Position numbers and translations under genes: made by a program
Shown here: piece by piece, positions 30,165 through 39,482 of the stretch
Layout of the letters: every line of letters begins with the position of its first letter
Numbering within the stretch: position 1 is the first letter of the stretch
The notes under the pieces: generated by a model
Told to the model about the DNA's origin: nothing
Seen by the model: the letters and a program-made list of their open reading frames with translations, nothing else
Databases searched by the model: none
Assembly (NCBI GenBank): GCA_913043225.1
Contig: CAJWLU010000001.1
Coordinates: 192,001-256,000 of the forward strand
Reading direction: 5' to 3'
Source: an uncultured Acidobacteriota bacterium
Lineage (GTDB): Bacteria; Acidobacteriota; Vicinamibacteria; Vicinamibacterales; UBA8438
Length of the DNA stretch: 64,000 bases

Positions 30165-31007
30165 ATGACGCCAAGACATACTCCTACCTTCGCCGGCACC
30201 CTCATCCTGACCGGCGCGATCCTGCTGTCCGCCTCGACGACGGCCGCGCAGACGTCGACCGCAGACGAAATCGTCGATCTGGCGGTGACCCGTGCCGAGC
30301 TTCAGCGAGACGCGGGCCTGGACCAGGCGTTCAAGGCGACGCTCGAGTCAATCACCGAACAGCTCGACGGAAACGGCGCGGTCAAGGAGACCGAGCGCGC
30401 AACCTACCGCCAGTACCCGGTGGAAGGCGTGATCTTCGAGGAACTCGTCGCTCGCGAGGGTAAGCCGCTTGATGAGGATGACGCCGAGGACGAGGCGAAG
30501 CGCCGTGACAAGTTCGCCAGGGAGGTGCGTGAACGCCGCACCAAGGGCGAGGATCCGGAACCGGAGGACGAGAACCGCGTCGCGTTCGACAGCGAGTTCG
30601 TCGAGCGCTATCAGTTCGACCTTGTCGGAGAGGAGTCGGTCGAGGGCATCGCCTGCTGGATCGTCGCTCTTAAGCCAAAACCTGGAAAACTGCCAGAGCG
30701 GCGACGTATCGACACCGCCTTGAACAAATCGACGGGGCGACTCTGGATCAGTCAGGAAGACTACGGACTGGCCCGGGTCGAGTTCGAGATGGCCAGCTCG
30801 GTCCGTTTCTGGGGCGGTATTCTCGGGACGCTCCGTAACACCGTGGGACGGATGGAGTTTCGGCGCTACGACAACGATACGTGGCTGCCGCAGCAGATCG
30901 ACATCCGTCTCGACCTACGCATTCTCTTCAGCAACATCCGTCGGCGAATCGTACGCGAGTGGATCGAGTACACGCCCCTACCCCTGCCTTCGACGCTACC
31001 GGGCTGA
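30165..31007 (+). CDS. exported hypothetical protein (LolA/MucB-like beta-sheet fold candidate)
   Basis: Signal peptide, YQFDLVGEESVEGIACWIVALKP and GRLWISQEDYGLARVE pattern. Confidence 0.7.
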   Translation: MTPRHTPTFAGTLILTGAILLSASTTAAQTSTADEIVDLAVTRAELQRDAGLDQAFKATLESITEQLDGNGAVKETERATYRQYPVEGVIFEELVAREGKPLDEDDAEDEAKRRDKFAREVRERRTKGEDPEPEDENRVAFDSEFVERYQFDLVGEESVEGIACWIVALKPKPGKLPERRRIDTALNKSTGRLWISQEDYGLARVEFEMASSVRFWGGILGTLRNTVGRMEFRRYDNDTWLPQQIDIRLDLRILFSNIRRRIVREWIEYTPLPLPSTLPG

Positions 31008-31066
31008 CACCGCCGTTCGCCTACTGTTAAGATACGCTTGAGTTCGCGTCTACAGCAGGGGTCGAA

Positions 31067-33433
31067 ATGCGTACATCCGGGCTTCGGTCCGCCGCAATCG
31101 TACTCGCACTGATCGTCAGCGCCGGCGTCGCCTATGGCGGCCAGAACACGAACGCCACTGACCAGCAGGCGCTCGTGAACCGCTATTGCCTGAGTTGCCA
31201 CAACAACCGGGCAATGCGCGGTAACTTGTCACTAGAACAGGCACCCCTGGCGGGGATTGCCGACCACCTCGACGTTTGGGAAAAGGCACTGAAGAAGCTC
31301 AGGGCGGGAGCCATGCCGCCCGATGGCGCGCCACGGCCAGAGCCGGAGCGCTATGCCGGACTAGTGCGCTATCTCGAGACCACCCTCGATACCCTCGCCC
31401 AAGCCGATCCCAACCCGGGTCGCACGGAGACCTTCCGACGACTCAACCGGACTGAATACCGCAACGCCGTCCGTGACCTACTCGACCTTGACGTCGATGT
31501 GGCCACGCTCCTGCCGCGCGACGACGCCAGCTACGGCTTCGACAATGTCGGCGTGGTAGAGCTCTCACCGACGCTGATGGAGAGGTACCTCAGCGCGGCG
31601 CAGAAGATCAGCCGGCTGGCCGTAGGGAGCAGCGGCATCGTGCCGGGAAGCCGGGTCGTTGTACTGCGCCCCGATCTCACCCAAGAAGGACATCTCGACG
31701 GACTTCCCTTCGGGACCAGGGGCGGAACCCTGCTGAAGCACAACTTCCCGCTCGATGGCGAGTACGAGGTCGAGGTACGACTGGCGCGTAACCGGAACGA
31801 GAACGTGGAAGGCCTCCGGGAGCCTCACGTTCTGGAGATGACGCTCGACGGCTACCGCCTCGAGCTGTTCAACGTGGTACCCAACAGGAACCGGCTGGGC
31901 AGCTACTACGCCGACGAGGACGTAGACCGGCACCTCAATCTCAGAATCCCCGTCACCGCCGGGCCGCATACGGTAGGCGCCGCCTTCCTGCAGAACAACT
32001 CGGCGCTGATCGAGACCGAGCGCCAGCCGTATCAGGCGCAGTTCAATCAGGATCGGCATCCGCGACAGCAACCGGCCGTACAGTCGGTGTCGATCGCCGG
32101 TCCGTTCGAACCAACCGGACCCGGCGAGACGCCAAGCCGCAACCGGATCTTCATGTGCCAGCCGGACGCCGTCGACGACGAGGCTGATTGCGCCGCCTCG
32201 ATCATCTCGGGGCTCGCCCGACGCGCATTCCGCCGACCGGTAAGCTACGCCGACATCGAGATGCCGCTCGCGTTCTTCGAGCAAGGACGCGCCGATGGCG
32301 ACTTCGAGAATGGCATCGAGCTAGCGCTACGAGCGTTGCTAACCAGCCCAGAGTTCCTTTTCCGGATCGAGCGCGACCCAGAGCAGGCGCCCGCCGAATC
32401 CGCCTATAAGCTCAGCGATGTCGCGTTGGCCTCGCGTCTGTCCTTCTTCCTGTGGAGCAGCATCCCCGACGACGAGCTGCTGGATCTGGCCGAAGCGGGC
32501 CGTCTCGGTGAACCGGCCGAGCTCGAACGTCAGGTCCGTCGGATGCTAGCCGACCCCAAGGCGCGCACGCTGACCACCAACTTCGCCGACCAGTGGCTAC
32601 ATCTGCGCAACCTCGAGGCGGCGGCCCCGAACCTGCGACTGTTCCCGGACTTCGACGACAACCTGCGAACCGCGTTTCGCGAGGAAACCCAGCTGCTGTT
32701 CGCGAGCGTCGTGGACGAGGACCGGAACGTTTTGGACCTGCTCCGCGCCGACTACACGTACCTGAACGAGCGGCTGGCGCGACACTACGAGATCCCGGGG
32801 GTATACGGCACCCAGTTCCGGCGGGTTGCCCTGCCCGACGGCAGCGTGCGTCGAGGCCTCCTGGGCCATGGCAGCTTGCTGACCGTGACCTCCTACGCCA
32901 CCCGTACCTCGCCGGTGCAACGCGGCAAATGGATCCTCGAGAATCTCCTCGGCATGCCGCCACTGATTCCGCCCGCCAACGTGCCGCCATTAGAGGATCC
33001 GGAGCCTGGCGTGGCCGCGCGATCCATGCGAGAACGGATGGAAGCCCACCGGGCGAATCCAGCCTGTGCCGCGTGTCACCGTTTGATGGACCCGGCTGGG
33101 CTGTCGATGGAAAACTTCGACGCCATCGGCCGCTGGCGCGACCGTAACGAGGACTGGACACCAATTGACGCCGCCGGCAGTATCCCTGGCGGGGGTCGCT
33201 TCGATGGCGTCTCGGGTCTGCGTGCCGCTGTCCTCGCCCGCCCCGAGGTCTTCGCCGGCACCGTCACCGAGAAGCTCATGACCTACGCTCTTGGTCGAGG
33301 ACTTACGGCACACGACGGGCCTGCCATCCGCGCGATCGTGCGCCAGGCGGCAACCAACGACTATCGATTCTCATCCCTGGTGCTCGGCATCATCGAGAGC
33401 ACCCCGTTCCAGATGCGGAGAACGCAATCATGA
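31067..33433 (+). CDS. DUF1592/1587/1588/1585/1595 domain protein with c-type heme motifs
   Basis: CLSCH with MPP, RRLNRTEYRN, LASRLSFFLWSS.PD, RTSPVQRGKW, CAACH..MDP, EKLMTYALGR. Confidence 0.92.
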   Translation: MRTSGLRSAAIVLALIVSAGVAYGGQNTNATDQQALVNRYCLSCHNNRAMRGNLSLEQAPLAGIADHLDVWEKALKKLRAGAMPPDGAPRPEPERYAGLVRYLETTLDTLAQADPNPGRTETFRRLNRTEYRNAVRDLLDLDVDVATLLPRDDASYGFDNVGVVELSPTLMERYLSAAQKISRLAVGSSGIVPGSRVVVLRPDLTQEGHLDGLPFGTRGGTLLKHNFPLDGEYEVEVRLARNRNENVEGLREPHVLEMTLDGYRLELFNVVPNRNRLGSYYADEDVDRHLNLRIPVTAGPHTVGAAFLQNNSALIETERQPYQAQFNQDRHPRQQPAVQSVSIAGPFEPTGPGETPSRNRIFMCQPDAVDDEADCAASIISGLARRAFRRPVSYADIEMPLAFFEQGRADGDFENGIELALRALLTSPEFLFRIERDPEQAPAESAYKLSDVALASRLSFFLWSSIPDDELLDLAEAGRLGEPAELERQVRRMLADPKARTLTTNFADQWLHLRNLEAAAPNLRLFPDFDDNLRTAFREETQLLFASVVDEDRNVLDLLRADYTYLNERLARHYEIPGVYGTQFRRVALPDGSVRRGLLGHGSLLTVTSYATRTSPVQRGKWILENLLGMPPLIPPANVPPLEDPEPGVAARSMRERMEAHRANPACAACHRLMDPAGLSMENFDAIGRWRDRNEDWTPIDAAGSIPGGGRFDGVSGLRAAVLARPEVFAGTVTEKLMTYALGRGLTAHDGPAIRAIVRQAATNDYRFSSLVLGIIESTPFQMRRTQS

Positions 33434-34782
33434 TGATCAGCAAGATGGCACTGCCGCGCCGTACGTTCCTCCGGGGTCTCGGCGCGACGGTCGCGCTGCC
33501 GCTGCTCGACTCGATGGTCCCCGCGTTCACGGCGCAAGCCGCGACCGCGGCCAATGCGCCTCGCCGGCTCGGCTACGTGTTCATTCCGATGGGAATGAAT
33601 CCAGAGCCGTGGACGCCGAAGGAGGTTGGGACGCTGAGTCAGCTGTCACCGTCGCTCGCCTCGCTGACGCCGCATCTGAACGACGTCACGGTGGTCACCA
33701 ACCTGGATCTCGAGAATGCCCACACGACCGGCAACCACGCCTCGTCGAACGCGGCATTCCTGAGCTGCCTCCGGGGAAAGCGGACCGAGGGTAGCGACTA
33801 TGAGCTAGGGACCACGGTCGACCAGATTGCCGCACAGCAGATCGGCGGAGACACGCCGATTCCGTCGCTCGAGCTCGGCACCGACCTAATCGTCCAGGTG
33901 GGCGCTTGCGACAACGGCTACGCCTGCGTCTACCAGAACAATCTGTCGTGGTCGTCGCCCACCTCGCCGCTGCCGACCGAGGCGGACCCGCGGGTGGTCT
34001 TCGAGCGTCTCTTTGGCGACGGCGGGTCGCCCGAACAGCGCCGGGCTGAGATGCAGAAGAACGCCAGCATTCTGGACTGGGTGCTCGACGACATGTCGCG
34101 TCTCCAGCGCCAGCTCGGCAACACCGACCGCGTCAAGGTGGACGAGTATGTAAGCACCGTCCGAGAGGTGGAGCGACGCATTCAACTCGCCGAGCAACAG
34201 GCCGGCGAGTCACCGTTGCCGGATCTCACTAGGCCGACCAGCGTCCCGGAAGACTGGGAAGACCACGTTAAGCTGATGTACGACCTACAGGTGCTCGCGC
34301 TGCAAGCCGACCTAACCCGGGTCATCACGTTCCAGATGGCGCGTGAAGCTAGCACGCGAAGCTACCCACAGATCGGGGTACCAGAGCCACATCACCCGAT
34401 CTCGCACCACGTCAACGATCCAGAGAAACTCGCCAAGCTGGCGAAGATAAACGCCTACCACGTGTCCTTGTTCGCCTACATGATCGATCGGTTGAAGCAG
34501 ACGGCCGACGGCGACGGGTCGCTCCTCGACCATTCGACGTTCATGCTGGGAAGCGGCATGGGGAACCCAGACGTGCACGACCACCGCAACCTGCCGATCA
34601 TCGTGGCGCGCGGTGGCGGCGACAAGCCGTGGGGTGGCCGTCACATCAAATACGAGCCGGGCACCCCGCTCGCCAATCTACACCTGGCGGTACTCGACGA
34701 CGTGGGGGTTCACCTAGATTCGTTCGTTGATAGCACCGGACACGCCATCGAAGTGATGGAGCCGGTGTCGCTGTCCGACTGA
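33430..34782 (+). CDS. DUF1552 (HXXSHH) domain protein, Tat substrate
   Basis: PRRTFLRG twin-arginine signal, GACDNGYAC, DPRVVFERLFG, HHPISHH; ATGA coupling. Confidence 0.92.
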   Translation: MMISKMALPRRTFLRGLGATVALPLLDSMVPAFTAQAATAANAPRRLGYVFIPMGMNPEPWTPKEVGTLSQLSPSLASLTPHLNDVTVVTNLDLENAHTTGNHASSNAAFLSCLRGKRTEGSDYELGTTVDQIAAQQIGGDTPIPSLELGTDLIVQVGACDNGYACVYQNNLSWSSPTSPLPTEADPRVVFERLFGDGGSPEQRRAEMQKNASILDWVLDDMSRLQRQLGNTDRVKVDEYVSTVREVERRIQLAEQQAGESPLPDLTRPTSVPEDWEDHVKLMYDLQVLALQADLTRVITFQMAREASTRSYPQIGVPEPHHPISHHVNDPEKLAKLAKINAYHVSLFAYMIDRLKQTADGDGSLLDHSTFMLGSGMGNPDVHDHRNLPIIVARGGGDKPWGGRHIKYEPGTPLANLHLAVLDDVGVHLDSFVDSTGHAIEVMEPVSLSD

Positions 34783-34891
34783 GTGAAGCGGAGGGTTTGG
34801 TACTGAAGACCGTGCCATGCCCGGTGAGGTCGTCGAGCCTGGCTCAGCAACCGGCGCTTTGGTTTGGGAAGAAGATGATCGGAGAAGGTCG

Positions 34892-36370
34892 ATGCTGCGC
34901 TTATTTTTAGGCGTTGCGGGACTGGTTGTCCCGCTCGGTCTCGCCGTTCCGTCAATGGCGGCGGTGGACATCCCCGAACTGGTGAGCGCCACGAAGGCGG
35001 ATGACGCGGCCGCCGTGCGAACCCTGCTCGAGGCGGGCGCGGACGTCAACGACGCGGAGCCGGACGGCACGACGGCCCTGCACTGGGCGGCCCATCTTCA
35101 GCATCCTGAGATCGCGCGACTGTTGCTCGAAGCGGGGGCGGTACCCAACGGAGCCAACCGGTATGGTGTGCGGCCACTGTCTCTGGCCGCGGTGGGAGGC
35201 AACGCCGAGCTCGTTGCGACGCTGCTCGAAGCCGGCGCAAATCCAAACACCAGTCTGACCGCCGGCGAAACCGTCCTGATGACAGCGGCTCGAGCCGGCG
35301 CTACCGACGCGGTGGAGTTGCTGCTCGAGGCAGGAGCGAACGCCAACCTGCAGGAAGCGTGGAAGGGCCAGACCGCGCTGATGTGGGCCGCGTCGGAGGG
35401 CCACGCGCAGGTCATTCTAGCCCTTGTGGCGGCCGGCGCCAACGTCGCCGCACGTTCCAAGCGCGGCTTCACGGCGTTGCTGTTCGCGGCCCGCGAGGGG
35501 CGCACGGACGTGGTGCAGACCCTGCTCGAAGCAGGCGCCAACCTGGACGAACAGATCTCGATCAATTCGACGCTGACCGCTGGCGGCGTGGAACAGCGAC
35601 GCGCTTCAAACGCCGGTCTGAACGCGTTCCTCCTGGCGGCAGGCAGCGCCCACTTCGAGCTCGCCGCCTACCTCCTGGACCGTGGCGCAGACCCGAACAC
35701 GGATCCCCGTGGATGGACGGCACTGCATCAGCTGAGCTGGGTGCGGAAGGCTGGCATCGCCGGAAGCAATAATCCGGCGCCGCGCGGGTCGGGGGCGATG
35801 ACCAGCCTGCAGTTCGCCGAAAAGCTGATCGCCGCGGGCGCCGACCTGAACGCCCGGGTCACCACCCGGCCGCCGGCGGGGATCACCGGGCTGAACTTCA
35901 TCGGCGGTACTCCGTTCCTGCTGGCCGCCCGCACCGCCGACGCTGAGCTGATGCGACTGCTGCTGGAGGCCGGCGCCGACACGACACTGACCAACGAGGA
36001 CGGCTCGAACGCCTTGATGGTGGCGGCGGGACTCGGCACCTCGTCGCCGGGCGAAGACCCGGGCACCGAAGCGGAAGTCCTAGAGGCGGTCGAGGTGGCA
36101 CTTGGCGCGGGCCTAGACATCGACGCGGTCGACCAGAAGGGGGAGACCGCCATGCATGGCGCCACCTACAAGCACCTGCCGCGCGTGGTGCACCGACTGG
36201 CTGACGCCGGCGCTGACATCGTGGTCTGGAATCAGCCGAACGACCGCGGCGCGACGCCGCTCGGCATCGCGGTAGGCATGCACCGCGGAATGAACATCCT
36301 GAGCTCGCCGGTCACCGCAGACGCGGTCCGCGACATCATGCGGTCGGCCGGCGTCGAACCGACCCAGTAA
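34892..36370 (+). CDS. exported ankyrin repeat protein
   Basis: Signal peptide; repeated GxTALxxAA...LLxAGAxxN units. Confidence 0.92.
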   Translation: MLRLFLGVAGLVVPLGLAVPSMAAVDIPELVSATKADDAAAVRTLLEAGADVNDAEPDGTTALHWAAHLQHPEIARLLLEAGAVPNGANRYGVRPLSLAAVGGNAELVATLLEAGANPNTSLTAGETVLMTAARAGATDAVELLLEAGANANLQEAWKGQTALMWAASEGHAQVILALVAAGANVAARSKRGFTALLFAAREGRTDVVQTLLEAGANLDEQISINSTLTAGGVEQRRASNAGLNAFLLAAGSAHFELAAYLLDRGADPNTDPRGWTALHQLSWVRKAGIAGSNNPAPRGSGAMTSLQFAEKLIAAGADLNARVTTRPPAGITGLNFIGGTPFLLAARTADAELMRLLLEAGADTTLTNEDGSNALMVAAGLGTSSPGEDPGTEAEVLEAVEVALGAGLDIDAVDQKGETAMHGATYKHLPRVVHRLADAGADIVVWNQPNDRGATPLGIAVGMHRGMNILSSPVTADAVRDIMRSAGVEPTQ

Positions 36371-36392
36371 GGCGGCGAAGGCCACTCACGGA

Positions 36393-38543
36393 ATGCGAAC
36401 CCTGCTGCTCGCAACTGGCGGCGCTGCGCTCACGGCGCTGGCCGTCGGCTGCTCCGACCCTGCGATGACGACGCCCGAGTCTGCCCCGACCGACACCGAC
36501 AACGCGCTCCTTGCCGAATGGACGGGCCCGTTCGGCGGCGTGCCGGCCTTCGACCGCATGGACCTCGACGCGCTCAAGCCGGCGCTCGACGCCGGCATGG
36601 CCATCCAGCTGGCCGAGATCGACGTCATCGCCACCAATCCCGATCCCCCGACCTTCGAGAACACTATCGTGGCGCTCGAGCGCTCCGGTCTGGCGCTAAA
36701 CCGGGTGGCGACCTACTACGGCGTCTGGGGTTCCAACGTCTCGACGCCGGAGTTCCGGGATATCCAGCGCGCCATGGCGCCACGCCTGGCCGAGTTCGAC
36801 TCCACCATCCGACAGAACGGGGCACTGTTCGACCGGATCCGTGCGATCTACGAGGGCGACGACTTGTCAACCTTGCGACCAGACCAGCAACGCCTGGTGC
36901 AGCTCGTCTACGACGGCTTCGCTCGCAACGGCGCCACACTGGAGGGCGATGCGAAGGCTCGCTACGCCGAAATCGAACAACGGCTGGCTGAGCTCCATAC
37001 CGCGTTCTCGAACAACGTGCTGGCCGACGAGGAAGGTTATGTGACCTACCTCTCGGAGGCGCAGCTTAACGGGCTACCTCCGTCGTTCGTGCAAGCGGCG
37101 GCCGCGGCCGCCACCGCCCGAGGGCGCGACGGCGAGTACGCCATTACCAACACCCGGTCGTCCATGGACCCGTTCCTGACCTTCTCGACCGAACGGGATC
37201 TGCGCGAAGAGGTGTGGCATACCTACTACTCGCGCGGTGACAACGGCGACGAACGGGACAACAATGCCACCATCGCGGAGATTCTCGCGCTGCGGCACGA
37301 ACGAGTCGGCCTGCTGGGCTACGACGACTACGCAACCTGGCGTCTCGAGAACCGGATGGCAAAAACCCCGGCCCAGGCGCTCGAGCTGATGGAAGCGGTA
37401 TGGCCGGCGGCACTAGCGCGGGTCGAGGAGGAGGTCGCCGCAATGCAAGCGGTCGCCGACTCCGAAGGCGCCGGCATCACAGTCTCGCCCTGGGACTACC
37501 GTTTCTACGCCGAGAAGGTCAGACAGTCCACCTACGACCTGGACTCGGACGAGGTAAAGCAGTACCTGCAGCTCGACCGGCTTCGGGAAGGCATGTTCTT
37601 CGTCGCTGGTGAGCTGTTCGACTTCGCGTTCCGCGAGGTCTCCGACGGCTCGGTCCCCGTCTTCCACGAAGACGTCAGCGTCTGGGAAGTCACGCGCCGC
37701 TCCACAGGAACCCACGTCGGCGTCTGGTATCTCGACCCGTACGCCCGTCCGGGGAAACGCTCAGGCGCCTGGGCCTCAAGCTACCGCAGCCATGAGCTGG
37801 TCGACGGACAAGAAGTGACCGTGCTCGGCTCGAACAACTCGAACTTCATCAAACCGGCGCCGGGCGAGCCCGTCCTCGTTTCCTGGGACGACGCCGAGAC
37901 GTTCTTCCACGAATTCGGCCACGCGCTGCACTACTTCTCGTCAACCGTCGAGTACCTCACCCTCAACGGCGGTGTCCGGGACTACACCGAGTTCCAGTCG
38001 CAACTTCTTGAGCGATGGCTCCTAACCGACGAGGTCATCGACGGGTTCCTTCGGCATCACGAAACCGGGGAACGGATGCCAGACGAGCTGGTCACCCGAA
38101 TCAAGAACGCCGCCACCTTCAACCAGGGATTCATCACCACGGAGTACCTGGCATGCGCGCTGGTCGACATGCGCTTCCACACCTCGGATCCAGACAGGCT
38201 AGACGCCGACCAGTTTGAACGGGAGACCCTGGCCGAGCTAGGGATGCCTGATGAGATCGTGATGCGGCACCGCAGCCCACACTTCGGCCATATTTTCTCG
38301 GGCGAGGGCTACTCGGCCGGCTACTACGGCTACATGTGGGCGGATGTGCTGACGGCGGATGCCGCCGAGGCGTTCGCGGAAGCGCCAGGCGGGTTCTACG
38401 ACAAAGACCTAGCGGCGAAGCTCGTAGAACACCTGTTCGCGGCGCGCAACGCGGTCGATCCCGCCGAGGCCTACCGGACGTTCCGCGGGCGAGACGCCAC
38501 GATCGAGGCACTGATGCGCGACCGAGGATTCCCGGTTCCGTAG
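36393..38543 (+). CDS. M3 family metallopeptidase (peptidyl-dipeptidase Dcp-like), lipoprotein
   Basis: Lipobox LAVGC, KRSGAW, FHEFGHALH, EFQSQLLE, HIFSGEGYSAGYYGY. Confidence 0.92.
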   Translation: MRTLLLATGGAALTALAVGCSDPAMTTPESAPTDTDNALLAEWTGPFGGVPAFDRMDLDALKPALDAGMAIQLAEIDVIATNPDPPTFENTIVALERSGLALNRVATYYGVWGSNVSTPEFRDIQRAMAPRLAEFDSTIRQNGALFDRIRAIYEGDDLSTLRPDQQRLVQLVYDGFARNGATLEGDAKARYAEIEQRLAELHTAFSNNVLADEEGYVTYLSEAQLNGLPPSFVQAAAAAATARGRDGEYAITNTRSSMDPFLTFSTERDLREEVWHTYYSRGDNGDERDNNATIAEILALRHERVGLLGYDDYATWRLENRMAKTPAQALELMEAVWPAALARVEEEVAAMQAVADSEGAGITVSPWDYRFYAEKVRQSTYDLDSDEVKQYLQLDRLREGMFFVAGELFDFAFREVSDGSVPVFHEDVSVWEVTRRSTGTHVGVWYLDPYARPGKRSGAWASSYRSHELVDGQEVTVLGSNNSNFIKPAPGEPVLVSWDDAETFFHEFGHALHYFSSTVEYLTLNGGVRDYTEFQSQLLERWLLTDEVIDGFLRHHETGERMPDELVTRIKNAATFNQGFITTEYLACALVDMRFHTSDPDRLDADQFERETLAELGMPDEIVMRHRSPHFGHIFSGEGYSAGYYGYMWADVLTADAAEAFAEAPGGFYDKDLAAKLVEHLFAARNAVDPAEAYRTFRGRDATIEALMRDRGFPVP

Positions 38544-38549
38544 CGCCGG

Positions 38550-39308
38550 CTACGGTTCACAACTCTCCGACAGGCTCTGTACCGACGTTACGTTGAGGCT
38601 GTGCACGGGGGGCACCGCCGTGCCCTCTTCGTCTCGGATCAGCAGCCCCTTGGTCTCTACCCGATGTCCAACATAGGCGTCTGGGCTCGGGAACACATAC
38701 ATCAGCCTGAACCCACGGTCGCCGAGCGGCGTGGCTTCGACGACGGCCAGCTCGGCGTCGACCGAGGGCGTCGGCTCCGATGAACGCGCCTCTGGGCTAG
38801 CGTTTTCGAGCGTCCAGCCATCAGTGGCGCTGCCACGTAGACAACCGACTACCCTGACGAGAGCGAAGTTTGGTACCACGTCACGGCCTTCGTCTCCTTC
38901 GACATAGACGCCGCTCAAGAGAGCCGTCGACAGCTCCTCGCCACCCTCGGGAAACCCGTTTCGCTCGAGCACATAGCTGATGATATCGACATAAGCCTCT
39001 GCCTCCAGCCCGGCGGATCCGCCTGGAGGCATCGACTGCATCCGTTCGAACAGGCCGTCGAGCGTGAGCCCCGTCCAGTCGCGCAGGAAAACATCGCCGG
39101 TGAGCGAGCGTCCCGCTCCGCCGGTGAGGTCGGCCCCATGGCAGCGTTGACAGCTCGTCTCGTACTGGTCGCGGCCACGAACCGCCTGCGCGGCGGTGTA
39201 GACCCCGTCCTTCACGCTCGTCTCCTGACCACCGGTGGCGGCCGGCACCACCGCCATGAGCGCCGCCCCAATGAGCGCCAACATCACACGCGTCGCCAGC
39301 CGTCTCAC
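38550..39308 (-). CDS. monoheme cytochrome c with extra C-terminal beta domain
   Basis: DGVYTAAQAVRG, CQRCHG.DL.G, SMPP axial Met; C-terminal VVGCL...GHRVETKG...ESC. Confidence 0.85.
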   Translation of the reverse strand: MRRLATRVMLALIGAALMAVVPAATGGQETSVKDGVYTAAQAVRGRDQYETSCQRCHGADLTGGAGRSLTGDVFLRDWTGLTLDGLFERMQSMPPGGSAGLEAEAYVDIISYVLERNGFPEGGEELSTALLSGVYVEGDEGRDVVPNFALVRVVGCLRGSATDGWTLENASPEARSSEPTPSVDAELAVVEATPLGDRGFRLMYVFPSPDAYVGHRVETKGLLIRDEEGTAVPPVHSLNVTSVQSLSESCEP

Positions 39309-39482
39309 GATGCAGTCCCCTTCCGAAACTCGGTATCAAACTCGCGCTGGACGCCACCCGGACGGTCAAGTAAGCCGCCGGGTTCATCAACCGCCGCCTT
39401 CTCGTTGCTGCCAGAGGCGCGGAGTGATATAACCCAATCATACAGTGCGGTGTGTCCGGCACGCGGGGAGGAGTCTAGTCAA

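Noticed and set aside
34950..36300. Repetitive DNA in the ankyrin gene as a possible array
   Set aside because: Explained by degenerate protein-level ankyrin repeats; no identical repeat-spacer structure, so not CRISPR
39138..39482. N-terminal extension of the monooxygenase ORF
   Set aside because: Overlaps the divergent cytochrome gene; RBS and signal peptide support ATG 39483
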